Positions 62,001-64,000 of a DNA stretch of 64,000 bases are shown in pieces (the stretch's first letter is position 1; every line of letters begins with the position of its first letter). Location of the stretch: assembly GCF_963921235.1 (NCBI RefSeq), contig NC_086097.1, positions 32,366,001 to 32,430,000 of the forward strand. Reading direction: 5' to 3'. The notes beneath the pieces are model-generated. The model did no database searches. It saw only the letters and a list, made by a program, of their open reading frames with translations, and was not told the origin of the DNA. Position numbers and translations under genes: made by a program. The DNA comes from Mobula hypostoma. Taxonomy: Eukaryota.

Positions 62001-63639
62001 ATAGTCTTGGTGAGTGTCCACGTCTCGCATCCGTACGTGATAATGGACTCTATGACTGCCATGAAAATCCTCTTTTTAAGCCCTCTGGTCAGGTTCGACT
62101 TCCAGATTTCCTCCATGTCGTTCATAGCCCTCCACGCCAGCGCCTTCCGCATCAAGAACAGTTACTACCCCTCAACCATCAGGCTCTCGATTGAAGGGGG
62201 ACATTCTATTTCTGGTCCCACAACAGATGGTCCAGTTTAAGGGCTCTTTATAGTGTTACTTCATATTATTTATTCATTGCTATTTATTTATATTTGCACA
62301 GTTTGTTGTTCGTTGATCCTGTTTGTAGTTACTGTTCCATAGGTTAGCTAAGTATGCCCACAGGAAAAAGGATTTTAGGGTTGTACGTGGTGACATGTCC
62401 GTACTCTGATAATAAATTTTACTTTGAACTTTACTGCCTGGCTTGGTGCAGCATCCTCTCACTATGCCAGAACTTACAGCGAACTGCCAGATCAGCTGCA
62501 GTCAACCATCGCTGCAGGACAAAGAAGCAGACAGTTAATCATGAACACTACCCACTCAGCTAACTGCCTTTTCTAAAAACTCCCTTCTGGGAGGCGCGGT
62601 AGGGCTTTTAAAACAAACACTTCATGCCAGCTCAAGCAGTTAATCTGATCAACCATTCTAGTTAGTTCTCCACCCCCATCTATTTATTACCTCAGTCACT
62701 GAGCTGTAAACACATTCGACCTTTTTTATAATGTTGCATTCATCATAAATACAGACAGGTATTTATGAATATTTTATTGTATATTCATACTTTAAGTTCT
62801 AACTTTATTTTTACTCCTTATTCTCTATAATTGTTAAATGTTGTTTTTGCTGCGGTATCCTATACTGACCAACACAACAAATTCCTAATACAACACTTCA
62901 GAACAACCAGATTTAATACACTAGCATGTGTCGTGAAATTTAGCTTTACGGAAGCAGTACGATGAAATACATGATAAATAAATATAGAAAATAAAATTAG
63001 TTACATTACAAATATATGTTTATTAAACAGTGAAAATAAGTAGTGCAAAATAACAGAAATTTAAAAAAGTATGAGGAAGAGTTCATGGGTTCAATATCCA
63101 TTTAGAATCGGATGGCAGAGGGGAAAAAGCGGTTCCGCTGTGTGCCTTCAGGTTTCTGCACCTCCTTCTCAACGCGAACAACGAGACGAGGGCATGTCCC
63201 GCGTGGTGGGGGTCCTTCATCTTGGATGCCGCCTTTCTGAGGCACCGCTCCTAGAAGATGTCTTGGATACTATAGAGGTTGGTAAATGTATATAGCGAAC
63301 AAAGTTCATCTTCGACAGTTATTCGTCGTGCGCTATTTATTATTTTTGTAACATACAATAATCTGTATGTCTTGCACTGTACTGCTGCCGCAAAAACACA
63401 AATTTCACGCGATAAACCTGACTCAGGACTCTCACAGATGCGGGTACAAACCCCTCCCTCACCTGACAGCTGATGAAAGCACTCCAATCCTCCGGGGTTT
63501 GAGTTCAGGACCCACTGACACCTCGACTGAGAAGGAAGTATCCTCGGTGTACGTGTCCCAGTTCCCAAGGCCAAAAACAACCAAGTACTTGGGCAGAGGG
63601 AGCTCCAGGCGGCAGCGAAAGACGGAGCCGCCGGGTTCC
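25728..63639 (-). CDS. Kelch-repeat (six-bladed beta-propeller) protein, zgc:163014-like / RABEPK-KLHDC-like, 5'-partial: complement(join(25728-25945,34338-34435,36811-36862,39409-39500,40426-40622,42403-42602,46588-46710,47773-47802,48579-48747,50222-50290,53403-53508,63463-63639)), about 510 aa seen
   Basis: Twelve GT-AG exons join in frame. Six Kelch motifs: [70 protein letters not shown]. The zgc:163014 resemblance is from recall and was not searched. Confidence 0.9.
26152..26435 (-). mobile_element. tRNA-derived SINE with candidate 9-bp TSD
   Basis: A box TGGCCAAGTGG and B box GAGTTCGAGCC on the minus strand; TCTGTTAAT at 26143-26151 and 26436-26444. Confidence 0.8.
27251..29983 (+). 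mobile_element. Degenerate Tc1/mariner element interrupted by nested LINEs
   Basis: Long TIRs (agtgccttgaaaaa ... tttttcaaggcact); transposase remnants [26 protein letters not shown] at 29200-29610. Confidence 0.8.
27641..28627 (-). mobile_element. CR1 LINE 3' fragment nested in a Rex1/L2-like remnant
   Basis: ORF 27964-28680 (KYADDTK); tail at 27638-27650. Confidence 0.9.
30740..31510 (-). mobile_element. Penelope-like element remnant
   Basis: [21 protein letters not shown] (GIY-YIG C-terminus); degenerate hammerhead motif at 30837-30874. Confidence 0.75.
32895..34075 (+). mobile_element. CR1 LINE 3' fragment
   Basis: [13 protein letters not shown] and LVRPHLEY motifs, frameshifted. Confidence 0.88.
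34338..34435 (-). CDS. Kelch-protein gene exon, repeat 5 ([32 protein letters not shown])
   Basis: ttgtcttgttttag acceptor, G|GTAGGT donor. Confidence 0.94.
36205..36620 (+). mobile_element. Non-autonomous RTE-type element remnant
   Basis: gggctaacaaccctgactggtaaaac 5' motif joined to a gaccttcattgctgccctaaatgcc RTE-like 3' end. Confidence 0.45.
36811..36862 (-). CDS. Kelch-protein gene exon ([18 protein letters not shown])
   Basis: tttcccctag acceptor, TG|GTAGGT donor; phase 1 to 2 fits both neighbours. Confidence 0.9.
37376..37632. repeat. GC-rich tandem repeat (ggggccggagtcgagg...ttcagctcactgctcc units) inside an interspersed repeat
   Basis: Four ggggccgga units and six ttcagctcactgctcc units. 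Confidence 0.85.
37907..38057 (-). mobile_element. Short Penelope-derived insert with minimal hammerhead motif, 12-bp TSD
   Basis: GTATAGTATACA at 37895-37906 and 38058-38069; minus strand reads tagtcCTGACGAagggtcttggcccGAAACGTCgattg. Confidence 0.75.
38005..38042 (-). ncRNA. Putative minimal type I hammerhead ribozyme motif
   Basis: Stem I UAGUC/GAUUG, core CUGACGA, stem II GGG/CCC, GAAA, palindromic ACGU stem III, GUC cleavage triplet. Confidence 0.55.
39113..39435. repeat. 68-bp minisatellite (about 5 copies) containing a Kelch exon 3' end and its donor site
   Basis: cagatccagta recurs at 39141, 39209, 39274, 39342 and 39410. Confidence 0.95.
39409..39500 (-). CDS. Kelch-protein gene exon, repeat 4 ([30 protein letters not shown])
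   Basis: tctccacccgcag acceptor, G|GTGAGG donor. Confidence 0.95.
40426..40622 (-). CDS. Kelch-protein gene exon, repeat 3 ([25 protein letters not shown]...[16 protein letters not shown])
   Basis: ccccgctgcag acceptor, GG|GTAAGT donor. Confidence 0.95.
41390..42010 (-). mobile_element. Degenerate L1/Tx1-clade LINE ORF2 C-terminal fragment
   Basis: Frameshifted PNVALI..F.C, NVPVSW.LP...[20 protein letters not shown] segments resembling Tx1 ORF2. Confidence 0.5.
42403..42602 (-). CDS. Kelch-protein gene exon, repeat 2 ([10 protein letters not shown]...[44 protein letters not shown])
   Basis: AG acceptor, GTGAGT donor, 200 nt; canonical Kelch motif. Confidence 0.95.
43345..45680 (+). mobile_element. 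CR1 LINE, 2.3-kb fragment (endonuclease end to 3' tail)
   Basis: [42 protein letters not shown]; tail gttctatg. Confidence 0.92.
46588..46710 (-). CDS. Kelch-protein gene exon, repeat 1 ([40 protein letters not shown])
   Basis: ctctcggtggcctgcag acceptor, G|GTAGGT donor; Kelch GG motif. Confidence 0.93.
47000..47096. repeat. (TA)n/(CA)n microsatellite
   Basis: Direct observation. Confidence 0.95.
47773..47802 (-). CDS. Kelch-protein gene 30-nt micro-exon ([11 protein letters not shown])
   Basis: ttgtttttctaactccag acceptor, GTGAGT donor, symmetric phase 1, no stop. Confidence 0.6.
48579..48747 (-). CDS. Kelch-protein gene linker exon (AGVATARQ...[12 protein letters not shown])
   Basis: ctccctttcacag acceptor, CAG|GTGGGG donor, open frame, phase 0 to 1. 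Confidence 0.75.
50222..50290 (-). CDS. Kelch-protein gene linker exon ([23 protein letters not shown]); 5' boundary uncertain
   Basis: Perfect GTAAGT donor at 50221, phase 0. In-frame acceptors are possible at 50290 or at 50350/50347. Confidence 0.5.
50851..50948. mobile_element. Short Penelope-derived insert, 15-bp TSD
   Basis: GAAGGCATTAAGCAT at 50836-50850 and 50949-50963; same family as the inserts at 5391 and 37907. Confidence 0.8.
51610..52650 (+). mobile_element. Degenerate CR1 LINE 3' fragment
   Basis: LQKDLDR..WQMEY, HLEY..QF, QRRFTRM motifs. Confidence 0.8.
53403..53508 (-). CDS. Kelch-protein gene exon ([36 protein letters not shown])
   Basis: ttcctgatcag acceptor, CAG|GTAGGA donor, phase 2 to 0. 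Confidence 0.8.
56310..58480 (-). mobile_element. Rex1/L2-like LINE interrupted by a CR1 3' fragment (~57665-58105)
   Basis: [29 protein letters not shown] motifs; same family as 10375-11225. Confidence 0.82.
59990..60780 (+). mobile_element. Rex1/L2-like LINE 3' fragment with (ACTATG)n tail
   Basis: [17 protein letters not shown] and FYKSVVAS motifs; tail at 60763-60780. Confidence 0.8.
61651..62150 (-). mobile_element. RTE-clade LINE 3' fragment
   Basis: [29 protein letters not shown] motifs. Confidence 0.78.
63463..63639 (-). CDS. Kelch-protein gene N-terminal exon ([59 protein letters not shown])
   Basis: ccttgcag acceptor, AG|GTGAGG donor; phase 2 matches the next exon; unique non-TE coding-like sequence. 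Confidence 0.8.
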
Positions 63640-63644
63640 CTGCA

Positions 63645-64000
63645 AGGCAATGGAGAGGAGAGGGGTGAGAGCTGGTGGGCAGGCAATGGAGAGGAGAGGG
63701 GTGGTGGACAGGCAATGGAGAGGAGAGGAGAGGGGTGGTGGACAGGCAATGGAGAGGAGAGGAGAGGGGTGGTGGACAGGCAATGGAGAGGAGAGGAGAG
63801 GAGAGGGGTGGTGGACAGGCAATGGAGAGGAGAGGAGAGGAGAGGAGAGGGGTGGTGGACAGGCAATGGAGAGGAGAGGGGTGAGAGCTGGTGGGCAGGC
63901 AATGGAGAGGAGAGGGGTGGTGGACAGGCAATGGAGAGGAGAGGAGAGGGGTGGTGGACAGGCAATGGAGAGGAGAGGAGAGGGGTGGTGGACAGGCAAT
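63645..64000. repeat. Purine-rich minisatellite (ggcaatgga(gagga)n ggggtggtggaca), runs off the window
   Basis: About 10 variable-length units; source of the spurious PLLSS ORFs. Confidence 0.95.

Noticed and set aside
63645..63999. Long PLLSS/HHPSP ORFs
   Set aside because: Minisatellite translation; only 63463-63639 has exon features.

Overview
AT-rich (about 43% GC by eye), repeat-dense vertebrate genomic DNA. The repeat content (abundant CR1, Rex1/L2-like, RTE, Penelope-derived and Tc1 elements) points to a cartilaginous fish, probably a ray; this is inference only. Two convergent spliced genes can be reconstructed from exons with consistent GT-AG sites and reading frames. (1) GSTZ1/maleylacetoacetate isomerase on +: 9 coding exons, 7924-19550, 215 aa, with a probable extra 3'-UTR exon. 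(2) A poorly characterised six-Kelch-repeat protein gene (zgc:163014-like) on -: 12 exons seen, 63639 down to 25728, with its first exon beyond the window. Most notable non-genic structures: a fully palindromic Tc1 derivative (~0.75 kb arms) ending 62 nt before the last coding exon of GSTZ1; a family of short, TSD-flanked Penelope-derived inserts carrying minimal hammerhead-ribozyme motifs; a minisatellite that multiplies an exon end and its 5' splice site; a 30-nt in-frame micro-exon; a BovB-like RTE; and several nested or inverted TE rearrangements. Most long ORFs in the ORF track are TE fragments or microsatellite artefacts.
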